Source: a virus | Lineage: Duplodnaviria > Caudoviricetes | Length of the DNA stretch: 53,099 nucleotides | Virus record (IMG/VR): IMGVR_UViG_3300028361_000502 | Coordinates: 1 to 53,099 of that record | Reading direction: 5' to 3' (one strand) | Shown here: positions 26,743-34,491 of the stretch, in pieces | Layout: each line of letters starts with the position of its first letter | How positions within the stretch are numbered: position 1 is the stretch's first letter | Made by a program: the position numbers and the translations under genes | Notes under the pieces: generated by a model | Told to the model about the DNA's origin: nothing | Database searches by the model: none | The model's input: only the letters and a program-made list of their open reading frames with translations

Positions 26743-26774
26743 GTTTTATTTCCTTTTTACATGTGTTAAACAGT

Positions 26775-26801
26775 AAAGGGCAAGTTCGATGCTTGCCCTT
26801 T
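26775..26801. other. Leader stem-loop upstream of the porin
   Basis: AAAGGGCAAG...CTTGCCCTTT 10-bp inverted repeat. Confidence 0.5.
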
Positions 26802-26821
26802 CACTATTATAGTTATAACAG

Positions 26822-27034
26822 TTATCTGCGTTTAGTCAATCGTTTTGATTGTTTACTGGGCTTTTCAGCAACAATGTCGGTTAAAGTGTTGCGTTCCAGC
26901 AACGGTAACACTGCTGCTTCTGATTGACTGCGGTTCCATTTGAACTGCTTTTCTGCTTCTTTAAGCATGTCCTCTACGGCATCGTGTCTTGCTATAATGC
27001 CGTAGAGCATTCGATCTATTTCAATCCAATTCAC
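26822..27034 (-). CDS. Hypothetical protein
   Basis: GTG start overlapping the TGA of the upstream ORF. Confidence 0.6.
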   Translation of the reverse strand: MNWIEIDRMLYGIIARHDAVEDMLKEAEKQFKWNRSQSEAAVLPLLERNTLTDIVAEKPSKQSKRLTKRR

Positions 27035-27207
27035 TTTTTGGATTCTTTTTCCGCCTTGGTTAATTTGTTGTTCCAAGTGCTGTTGCTGATACCCAGTTCG
27101 CTGGGCATGGGCTTGGTTTTTCCTACAGTAACTTCGCCGCCTTTTTTGAGAAACTGCTGAATCAATTCTTCATCTGTGTTCTTTTTTGGTTGATGATTCA
27201 TTGCCAT
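27031..27207 (-). CDS. Small protein (58 aa, not in track) with an LIQQFLKKGGEV motif reminiscent of the SutA RNAP-binding segment
   Basis: MAMNHQPKKNTDEELIQQFLKKGGEVTVGK... Confidence 0.55.
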   Translation of the reverse strand: MAMNHQPKKNTDEELIQQFLKKGGEVTVGKTKPMPSELGISNSTWNNKLTKAEKESKK

Positions 27208-27210
27208 AGT

Positions 27211-27318
27211 TTATAGGCCGCCTAGTAACTCTTCTAGTTTCTTTTTACTCTGTCCACGAACCTTTGCAGCTATAATGTTCATCAATACGTCAATTGCGTC
27301 TTTAAGTGAATCAGTCAT
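27211..27318 (-). CDS. Small hypothetical protein (35 aa, not in track)
   Basis: MTDSLKDAIDVLMNIIAAKVRGQSKKKLEELLGGL; TAATG overlap with AOX. Confidence 0.55.
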   Translation of the reverse strand: MTDSLKDAIDVLMNIIAAKVRGQSKKKLEELLGGL

Positions 27319-27929
27319 TATATATTCCTTTTCATTCCTTTGATTAAGGTATCTGCCATGCTGTGGTTAACATCTGCGTGGCCTTGCTCGTCTGCTCTCA
27401 CTGCTATTACAACATCACGCAATGTTGCGTCATCTGCTAGATTATAATAGTCACGAGCAATGTTGGGTGCAGCGATATTCTCTACTCTGCCAGCGTCAAT
27501 TTCTTCCAGATAGTGAGTATAACTTACCACTGCTTGATCTTCAAAGTAGCCTACCATTCTGTGTGCTGTGGTTGGGAAGAATACGTAAAGAATAAAATAA
27601 AAGTGCCAAAACACAAACTGTGCAAATAGAATCAACAGTCTTTCAAAGCGACTTGGCTTTGCGATCTCAACAAAGATCATAAGATGCATACGCTCGTTTT
27701 CTGCTTCTTCTAGCAGCGTTTTGATCCAGCCACGTTCGTCTGGTGCTATGTTGCGCAGGCTGCGTAGGTGCTGCCACATACCTGCTACCATGCCTGGAAC
27801 ACCTGCCACAGTCTCTAGAACAACTGCACGATGTCCATAGCGTTTGGCGAAGAATGTGTCCGCGAACCAACGAAAAGTCATTGTTAAAAAATAAGCAACT
27901 CTATCACTGAAGTCTTTGGGCTGTCTCAT
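27318..27929 (-). CDS. aox: Alternative oxidase (ubiquinol oxidase)
   Basis: LETVAGVPGMV, HLRSLR, EEAENERMHL, HRMVGYFE, VRADEQGH diiron motifs. Confidence 0.94.
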   Translation of the reverse strand: MRQPKDFSDRVAYFLTMTFRWFADTFFAKRYGHRAVVLETVAGVPGMVAGMWQHLRSLRNIAPDERGWIKTLLEEAENERMHLMIFVEIAKPSRFERLLILFAQFVFWHFYFILYVFFPTTAHRMVGYFEDQAVVSYTHYLEEIDAGRVENIAAPNIARDYYNLADDATLRDVVIAVRADEQGHADVNHSMADTLIKGMKRNI

Positions 27930-28288
27930 ACATGTTCACCGTTGTTTGCGCGGCCGTTGTACTTTGCGCCTGCTGTTACTAATTTGTTTACGGAAGTTGG
28001 GTTGCGATTTGCTTCACGGAATGTGATAGCAGTGATTGCAACTCCGCTGATCAGCAGTATGTGAAACACTGCACTGATGCCAAACGCAACAAAGCTGCCC
28101 AGCATAGCAGCAAAGAGGCCGCTCCATACAAATGCTAGACTTTGAAATACCATATGGGCCGCCATAGGGTCTAGATTCTTTAGTAGTGAGTTTTCGATAG
28201 TCATTACGCTATCCCACATCTCTCTAGGCATAGCAATTACAGTCTTCACTGTGGTAACTATGCCTACTGGCTTTGCTTTTCTGTTCAT
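27926..28288 (-). CDS. Membrane protein coupled to AOX
   Basis: Two TM helices, each with a His; ATGA overlap with aox. Confidence 0.7.
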   Translation of the reverse strand: MNRKAKPVGIVTTVKTVIAMPREMWDSVMTIENSLLKNLDPMAAHMVFQSLAFVWSGLFAAMLGSFVAFGISAVFHILLISGVAITAITFREANRNPTSVNKLVTAGAKYNGRANNGEHV

Positions 28289-28506
28289 TGTGTGTTCCTC
28301 TGTATGTTGTATGTATAATATATAGCATACAAATAGACCAAAGTCTACTTATATAGGTGCGTTAAAGTGTAGCAGATACTTACAGTTTCAGAGTGGTGCG
28401 TTTTGTATCCCACTATTTGTAACCCAATGTCCTAATCCTAGTTTAACGGGCACATTCTCTTACCCAGCTGATAAAACTATGTTAAACCTTTTTGCCGTCT
28501 GTAAGT

Positions 28507-28788
28507 GTAAGTTGATTCTGTTACTAGGTTCAACTTACAAAACCCTCACATACCCTTAGGCTGCTATTGCCATCTCTGGCGCTCTATTTGCGTTTGCATT
28601 TAGAATGTTTGACTGAATAACGTAGGTCAACACGAATACCTAAAAATAAGTTTTTAACGCCCGTCGATCCCTTTCGCCCCCGGAGTAAAACACACATTTA
28701 TATATGTGCTTTATGGTGGAGGCGTTGGCCTTCGAAAGCCAAGTCCGGTACATCAATCACCTATTCGTGATTAAACTATAAGACAGTA
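28507..28788 (-). ncRNA. ssrA: Circularly permuted (two-piece) tmRNA
   Basis: Acceptor piece ends CGCCTCCACCA (28714); 32-nt hairpin spacer; coding piece starts GGGGGCGAAAGGGATCGAC (28681) with G3-U70; tag frame 28597-28556 ANANRAPEMAIAA-stop; terminal CCTAGTAACAGAA hairpin. Confidence 0.92.
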
Positions 28789-29541
28789 TTATTTCCTATA
28801 GTATTCCATTCTACGACCTTTATACCAACCGTTTGGTATCTCGCCGCTCGTGTATTTATTTTCTTTTGTTGTTGGATTATAGATCCAAAAATTTCCATAA
28901 ACTCCAGACTTTCTCTTTAGCCTATCTCTTGCTTCTGTAATCCTTATCCATCCTTCTTGTATATTATATACGGAAAAAACTCGTTTGTCAAGATTGAATC
29001 TCGAAGTATCTGTAAGATTTTCTGGAACACACCAGCATTTGTCTTTCATACTATTATTTTCTTTTTGATATTTAGAAACTTTTTTGTATGATTCCTTATA
29101 GACATCAGGGTTGTCTCTAATCTTCCTTTCTTTAGATTCGTTAGCTTTTTTACTAAGATTTACAACTTCAGGGTCGCCCTTCTTAAATGAAGTTGATCGA
29201 AGTCCACCTCCTTTTTTAGCACCTTTTAATCTTGCTGCTTGGGCAGCAGGCGCCTTATTCCAAGTACTCCATCCTCCGTCGCCTTCTTCTATTTTAAGAT
29301 TAGCCCATTCGTTAGATTCGACAATATTAAAACGGTTGCTGTATTCTATGCCCTTTTCTTTAATAACATCTTTACTGTCTGTTATTATTAATATTTCTGT
29401 AGAGATATCAGCACCGTGTTTTTTAAGATGATTTGTCCATCGTGTACCACTGCCTTTATAAGTATATGGGTCAGCAGATGTCTGACCTAGGTATTTTAAT
29501 CCTGTTTGATTGTGTGTTTTTACATATAAATAATATGTCAT
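28789..29541 (-). CDS. Free-standing GIY-YIG-like homing endonuclease
   Basis: YYLYVKTHNQTGLKYLGQT, YKGSG, WANL..E.GDGG; AT-rich; AAGGAG RBS; own TAAATA promoter. Confidence 0.82.
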   Translation of the reverse strand: MTYYLYVKTHNQTGLKYLGQTSADPYTYKGSGTRWTNHLKKHGADISTEILIITDSKDVIKEKGIEYSNRFNIVESNEWANLKIEEGDGGWSTWNKAPAAQAARLKGAKKGGGLRSTSFKKGDPEVVNLSKKANESKERKIRDNPDVYKESYKKVSKYQKENNSMKDKCWCVPENLTDTSRFNLDKRVFSVYNIQEGWIRITEARDRLKRKSGVYGNFWIYNPTTKENKYTSGEIPNGWYKGRRMEYYRK

Positions 29542-29629
29542 TGCTGGAAATCTCCTTTAGTATTTTTAGAGTAGTTGGGACTGCCATCCGCGAACTACAT
29601 TATTATTTATCTAAAAGAGTTATTTTTGC

Positions 29630-29685
29630 CCGGTACCGCCCCCAGGTCCAGAATGTGTCCACGTTGTTTCAACGTTTACAAGTTT
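29630..29685 (-). pseudogene. Relic 5' part of a previous tmRNA acceptor piece
   Basis: AAACTTGTA...GGACCTGGGGGCGGTACC (alphaproteobacterial T-arm) with no acceptor stem or CCA; directly after a TTGACA/TATAAATA promoter (29685-29714). Confidence 0.7.
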
Positions 29686-29740
29686 ATTTATACACTCTTT
29701 TTATGATTTGTCAACTATTTCGATCTGCTCTGGTTTGTCC

Positions 29741-29920
29741 TCAGCCTAGATACCACGGATCTAAATTCAACTGTCGAGCAACTTCTGCCGCTTGTTCTAC
29801 ACTGTTACAGCTGGTGACCATATCACCTTTGCGGCCTCCTATGCGGATTCGCCACAGTGTCTTGCCCAGTGTGGTAACTTCTTCATATACTCGAAAGTCT
29901 GTTCGTGTTTTGGTAACCAT
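29741..29920 (-). CDS. Hypothetical protein (59 aa, not in track)
   Basis: MVTKTRTDFRVYEEVTTLGKTLWRIRIGG...; AGGA RBS. Confidence 0.6.
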   Translation of the reverse strand: MVTKTRTDFRVYEEVTTLGKTLWRIRIGGRKGDMVTSCNSVEQAAEVARQLNLDPWYLG

Positions 29921-29950
29921 TGTATTTTCCTACTCTATGGTTGGTTGATA

Positions 29951-30166
29951 TTATTCAAATCGTTCTACTACGCTGATAGAATGTTTACAACGACCGTGAA
30001 ATTGAAATCCAGTACAGTCGCAGGTAAAACCTTGTTCAGTAAGGGCAACTGTGTAGAAACTGTCCTTTTTGCTGCCAGCAACACTCCATTCAGTGCCTAG
30101 CAACAGATTGCCTTTGAAGTTCCAGTCTGTGGGTTTCAAGTAGCGTTTGGAGTATTTCTTAGACAC
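29951..30166 (-). CDS. SWIM zinc-finger protein
   Basis: FTCDC.GFQFHGRCKH; upstream promoter TTGACA-N16-TATATT (30203-30230). Confidence 0.8.
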   Translation of the reverse strand: MSKKYSKRYLKPTDWNFKGNLLLGTEWSVAGSKKDSFYTVALTEQGFTCDCTGFQFHGRCKHSISVVERFE

Positions 30167-30234
30167 AGTTGCCCTCGCTTGCTTCGTTCACATCGTGCTA
30201 TCAATATAACAGATGTTTAGAATTTGTCAAGCAA

Positions 30235-30426
30235 TTATTTGTGTTTTTTGTTCCATGCTGCTTCAAAGCCTTCTAAATGAATCTGCGCTTCGTGGTTTCC
30301 CCAGACACGATTGAAGTAACTGTTTTCCATTTTGCGTATTTCTTGTTCTGGCCAGCTGTCAGGTACAAGATGTCCCTTTACCATCCAGAACAGTTGATTG
30401 GCCCATTTGCGCTCGTTTTGTGTCAT
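30235..30426 (-). CDS. Hypothetical protein
   Basis: Start moved to MTQNERKW, 4 nt after TAAATA. Confidence 0.6.
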   Translation of the reverse strand: MTQNERKWANQLFWMVKGHLVPDSWPEQEIRKMENSYFNRVWGNHEAQIHLEGFEAAWNKKHK

Positions 30427-30463
30427 ACAGTATTTACAACACAACTGTTTTATTGCGCTAACA

Positions 30464-30646
30464 TTACATTTCGTTCTTGCGTTCTTGGATTTCTTTGCGG
30501 CGATCTTTTGTAAGTTTGTGTAGATCTCCCAGTGCCTTGCGGGCTCTGGAAGCTGCGGCCTTGACACCCTTTTCTTCAAAAGACTGTGCTTCTTTTAGAT
30601 AGTTGTTGAAAGCGAAAATGATCTCATCGTGTGTGTTTGTTGTCAT
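30464..30646 (-). CDS. Histone H1-like Hc1-type small DNA-binding protein
   Basis: FEEKGVKAAASRARKALGDLHKLTKDRRKEI; AGGAG RBS. Confidence 0.75.
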   Translation of the reverse strand: MTTNTHDEIIFAFNNYLKEAQSFEEKGVKAAASRARKALGDLHKLTKDRRKEIQERKNEM

Positions 30647-31242
30647 GCTGGTTCTCCTGTGATGTGTTCGTAGATTTCTTTCCAGTTCAAGCACTTGACC
30701 ATGCCGTCCAGTACAGGTTCATTCATGTTAAATCCATGCTCAACCAGTATAGGCTTCAAGCCAAACTTCAAACCAGCAACTGCGTTTTCATACTTGTCTT
30801 CGATCCAATAGCGTCCTGTGCCTTGATACAGTTCCAATGCTTCATCCTTGTCAGCACCAGTGTCCAAACACATCAGGTGAGTAAATGCTGTGGGTCCGAA
30901 CAGTTTCTCTAAATTCATTTTACGCAGTTTGTAAGCACTGTCATCAAGGCTAAGACTGGTAATACAATGAAACACATAACCATGTTCTTCATGCAGTCGC
31001 TTTACATAATACATAGCATCACGCAGTGCAGGTAGAAAGCCAATCGCAGCACTCTCGTTGAAGATTTTTACTTTGGTCTTTGCTTCTGACTTGGAGATAT
31101 CAAACCGTTCTGATAGATCATAGTAGTGATTACCGTTTAGAATTTGATTGTAACCGTGCTGTTCCATCCATGTGCAGAACGCATACTCCCAGTTGAAAAG
31201 TACGCCATCCGCGTCTGTCAAGATTACTTTGTCGTTTGTCAT
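30643..31242 (-). CDS. HAD-family 5'(3')-deoxyribonucleotidase-like protein
   Basis: ILTDADGVL, CITS, K, WIEDK HAD motifs; promoter TTGACA-N17-TATTAT at 31275-31303. Confidence 0.8.
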   Translation of the reverse strand: MTNDKVILTDADGVLFNWEYAFCTWMEQHGYNQILNGNHYYDLSERFDISKSEAKTKVKIFNESAAIGFLPALRDAMYYVKRLHEEHGYVFHCITSLSLDDSAYKLRKMNLEKLFGPTAFTHLMCLDTGADKDEALELYQGTGRYWIEDKYENAVAGLKFGLKPILVEHGFNMNEPVLDGMVKCLNWKEIYEHITGEPA

Positions 31243-31299
31243 ATTGAGCCTTTCTAATGCCTTATTGTGTTACTATAATAACATAGACATTAGAGTTTG

Positions 31300-32259
31300 T
31301 CAACCTCTACCTACCTGCTGAAGTGCAGTCACTGCCCATGGAAACTGTGGCAGGCTGGTTCTACTGCCGTTTGGTCCCCATGCTCTAGCACCTTCAACAT
31401 CTATATGAGTAAAGGTGTTGTACAGTCCTATACCGCCTATACCCTGTCGCACAGCCTCTTGTATGAACTGCGATCGCTGTGCTTGTGTAAAACTGCTTTG
31501 TACAATATCTAAAGCGTTGCCTCTTATGTGAGCACTGCTTTTAACGCCGCCTACTCTTTGGTTGTATTCCGGGCTACGATAGGCGCTGGTCACAGTGAGT
31601 TGAATGTTCATAGCCTGCGCAACTGCTATTGCTTTTTCTGCAAGTTGTGAATTGACTCTACTGTCTGTATGGGGAAGGAATACTAGCCATTCGCCGCCTT
31701 CTGCAGGCGGCCCTGCGCCTGGACCTTCTTGTGGTTCTCCGCCAGCCGCTGCTTGACCTGAGGGCAATGCGCCTGACTCACCTGTGACAGGACTTATTCC
31801 GCCTATACCGCCATCACCATATTCAAATGGGTCATTTCTCGTAGACGAGCCGCCCGCGGCTGCTTCATCTGCTGCGCCTTGAATTACCGCAGCGGCTTGT
31901 TCGTCGCTGACAAAAGGCATAGGAGCACCTACAAAGATATTACCTGCTATGCTTTGAACATTGGCAACATCTCCGGCCCAGACAGTGGATTGGTTTTGAA
32001 CAATTGTTTTGGCACCGCATATTCTTAAATCGTTGTTTCTATGAACTGGATTTCCATAAACAAATACAGATGCTGAACCTTCTGCTGAAGCAGGATTACA
32101 ATGCGGGGCTGCTGGACACAGTGCATCAGGAAAAGCAGGATCGCTGTATTCGATTACATTATTACCTTCAATGTATACTGTACGAGGGTTTTGTGGAATT
32201 AAGGCGCCGCCAGCATGTGTGTTAGGATCGTTTTTAACTGCCCATAACTCTTCAGACAT
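31300..32259 (-). CDS. PAAR-like spike-tip domain fused to a peptidase M15 (Zn D-Ala-D-Ala) domain
   Basis: N-terminal D.NTH.GG...TVYIEG...H....EGSASVFVYG.PVHR..D...CG; C-terminal TSAYRS..YN.RVGG...SAH..GNALDI...HID. Confidence 0.8.
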   Translation of the reverse strand: MSEELWAVKNDPNTHAGGALIPQNPRTVYIEGNNVIEYSDPAFPDALCPAAPHCNPASAEGSASVFVYGNPVHRNNDLRICGAKTIVQNQSTVWAGDVANVQSIAGNIFVGAPMPFVSDEQAAAVIQGAADEAAAGGSSTRNDPFEYGDGGIGGISPVTGESGALPSGQAAAGGEPQEGPGAGPPAEGGEWLVFLPHTDSRVNSQLAEKAIAVAQAMNIQLTVTSAYRSPEYNQRVGGVKSSAHIRGNALDIVQSSFTQAQRSQFIQEAVRQGIGGIGLYNTFTHIDVEGARAWGPNGSRTSLPQFPWAVTALQQVGRG

Positions 32260-32733
32260 TTAATCTACCGAGGGTTCCGCAGGACCTGCAGACGGAACAC
32301 TAAAAGTAACAGCAATAGTATCAAAGGAACTTACCTCAAAGTCATCTTGGCTACCTCCAGTCACGTTACTAATTGAGGAGACAGTTCCAGGAGGTGTTGT
32401 AGGAACAGTTCTGATTGCAGGAGTAAGTTCTCGTTGAATTGCTTCTTTGGTTAAATTGGTGCGTGTTCCGTTGGGTGCTACTTCAATTTTTTCTGTACCA
32501 AATTGTATTGTTACAACACGGGGCGTCCCGTCGGCGGCGGGGCGGATTTCTGCTGTTTTTAAATTTATCTCATCTTGCAGTCCTTGTTTAGAATAGTTTG
32601 TACCCATTCTATGCGAAGACACAATTTCTCCTGTCTCAGTGTCTCTAACAGTAAGTACTAGACTATACATATCATTACCAGTTGCTGGATGCGATTTTGT
32701 AGACCGCGATGATGTTAGAAACTCAAGCGCCAT
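32260..32733 (-). CDS. Hypothetical, possibly structural
   Basis: 157 aa ORF abutting the PAAR gene. Confidence 0.6.
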   Translation of the reverse strand: MALEFLTSSRSTKSHPATGNDMYSLVLTVRDTETGEIVSSHRMGTNYSKQGLQDEINLKTAEIRPAADGTPRVVTIQFGTEKIEVAPNGTRTNLTKEAIQRELTPAIRTVPTTPPGTVSSISNVTGGSQDDFEVSSFDTIAVTFSVPSAGPAEPSVD

Positions 32734-32825
32734 TAATAAAATCCTAAATATGTAGTAGGCAAAACGTTAACAAAAAGTTTAAAAGACCTTTCGTTTACTC
32801 TAAATGCTTTTGGCATTGACGCTCC

Positions 32826-33113
32826 TTAGACTAATATTCCTGTTGTGCTGCTAACATACTGTTTTGCCATTTCTGAATCAGTCTTGGCAACAAAAAGTGT
32901 AGCACTTTTATTTATACTGATTTTAGCGTCAGGATTTACAGTGAACGCTAGGGGTCCTAGACCAATGCCTTGAGCTGTGGCCATAATAGCCATTGGCTTT
33001 TGAACTGTGATGGATGCTGTAGATTCTTCTACCATTCGTGCTACAATTTCTTCGCCTGCTGTGGTTTTGATAGTGACTGTGTCGCCTGCTCTGTATGGTG
33101 TTTCGATAATCAT
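32826..33113 (-). CDS. Hypothetical phage protein (small beta-barrel, Sm-like pattern)
   Basis: GDTVTIKTTAGEEIVAR; ATGA-coupled to glutaredoxin. Confidence 0.7.
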   Translation of the reverse strand: MIIETPYRAGDTVTIKTTAGEEIVARMVEESTASITVQKPMAIMATAQGIGLGPLAFTVNPDAKISINKSATLFVAKTDSEMAKQYVSSTTGILV

Positions 33114-33361
33114 AATGTGTGTCCTGTTCCTGTATAACCTGTTTCTTCGATATATTTTGCTAGTTCTGTATAGCCGCCCACTTTGAACCCGTTTACTACA
33201 ATCTGAGGTACTGTCTTGGCTAGGGGAAATGTTTCTAAAAGCTGTTCACGTGTGTAGTCCACGTCCAGTGTTTTGTATTCGTAGACATAGCCCCGTGAGT
33301 CACATAGTTCTTTGGCTGCTTTACAATAGCCGCAGCCTGGCTTTCCGTATATTAGTATCAT
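33110..33361 (-). CDS. Glutaredoxin
   Basis: CGYC, TVPQI, VGGYTEL. Confidence 0.93.
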   Translation of the reverse strand: MILIYGKPGCGYCKAAKELCDSRGYVYEYKTLDVDYTREQLLETFPLAKTVPQIVVNGFKVGGYTELAKYIEETGYTGTGHTL

Positions 33362-34491
33362 AGACTGAATCTTTTTTGAATTATTTCTAATTTCCAGCCC
33401 GTTGTTTTTCCTTTTTTAGGAATAGGCCAGTTTTTTTGTATTTGCATTTTTAGTGTACTCCAACTTAGATTGTTTTTCTTACAAAATTCTACTGCTTCGC
33501 CGCCGCATAAAATATGTTCAACGCTTTGAGGTGATGTTAATTTATATGTGTAACTGTTTTTGTTACCTTTGCCAACTCGTAATTTTGCCTTGGCTCCTAT
33601 TAAGTCCTTTGTACTTTGCTTCTGTGTTTTGCCGTACATAGGGTTTCCAGAACCAGTATTTAATTTACTAAACTTCTTGCGTGTTTCGTCGCTGTGACGT
33701 TTAGGCCCATAGCCTCCACGTTCTTTCTGCAGGCGCGATCGCAATTCTCGTTGTTGCTGTGCTTTTTCAATACCATAAATTTCTTCGTATGTTTTGCCTC
33801 TGTGATTAGGAGGACGTGCATCTATACAGATATTAGATAATATTCCGTCTTTTTCATATCCCTTTCTGTCATAACGCTTAATCAACTCTGATTCTATATT
33901 ATACGCTAAATCTTCATCAATGATATTTTCAGCAATATACTCAATTAATGGTTCATTACCAGATGCACGTATGCTAGCAATCTTATTTTCTTTATAAACA
34001 TTCCTAGTTTCAGGAACGTCCCATAAGTGTGTTTTGGCTCGTCTACCTTTGCCTTTTCCGATATAAAAGGGTTGACTGTTTCTTGGGTCTACTAATTGAT
34101 ATACATAATACACGCTATTTTTCTCCTGCTGTATATATTTAGCAAGAGACTGAGAATAACAGTTAGGTATTGAATAATCCTCGGTTTGATTAGAACTAGC
34201 AGCAAAGATAATGTGTTCTCTGTGATCTTTATATGGGGTTATGTCTACTAGTTTGTCGTCTTTCCATATACTGTGCCGTATGGCTTGTATAACGCCAAAC
34301 CCTTTTAAAAAATAATAGCCAATTACTTTCTTTCCGCCATAGATAGTGGTATGTGTTTTAACATTATTATGACAGTTGTTGTAATCGTATGCCGAGTGTG
34401 CGTTAACAACTACAGCGCCAATCCAGTTGCAATCAAGAGACTTTGCCATAGAACGCATGTCATCTTCAACTGCAACTGGATTGTTCCACAT
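33358..34491 (-). CDS. GIY-YIG homing endonuclease with NUMOD-type repeats and an extra N-terminal domain
   Basis: YYVYQLVDPR..PFYIGKG..RR..H; GKTYEEIYG, HSDETRKK, NPMYGK; internal AGGAG-GTG start at 34113. Confidence 0.8.
   Translation of the reverse strand: MWNNPVAVEDDMRSMAKSLDCNWIGAVVVNAHSAYDYNNCHNNVKTHTTIYGGKKVIGYYFLKGFGVIQAIRHSIWKDDKLVDITPYKDHREHIIFAASSNQTEDYSIPNCYSQSLAKYIQQEKNSVYYVYQLVDPRNSQPFYIGKGKGRRAKTHLWDVPETRNVYKENKIASIRASGNEPLIEYIAENIIDEDLAYNIESELIKRYDRKGYEKDGILSNICIDARPPNHRGKTYEEIYGIEKAQQQRELRSRLQKERGGYGPKRHSDETRKKFSKLNTGSGNPMYGKTQKQSTKDLIGAKAKLRVGKGNKNSYTYKLTSPQSVEHILCGGEAVEFCKKNNLSWSTLKMQIQKNWPIPKKGKTTGWKLEIIQKRFSL

Noticed and set aside
28714-28745. Stand-alone tRNA gene (T-arm plus CCA)
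   Set aside because: No D or anticodon arm upstream; explained as the tmRNA acceptor piece
28745-29636. Group I intron in the tmRNA T-loop, or a target-site duplication (CCGGTAC at 28745-51 and 29630-36)
   Set aside because: Joining the flanks does not rebuild a single T-arm, the downstream piece has its own complete T-stem, and only about 130 non-coding nt with no recognisable P7 core flank the ORF
29711-29743. TGA readthrough or selenocysteine at the end of the 59-aa ORF (frame continues GQTRADRNS)
   Set aside because: No SECIS-like hairpin or redox motif; a simple stop or recent nonsense change is sufficient
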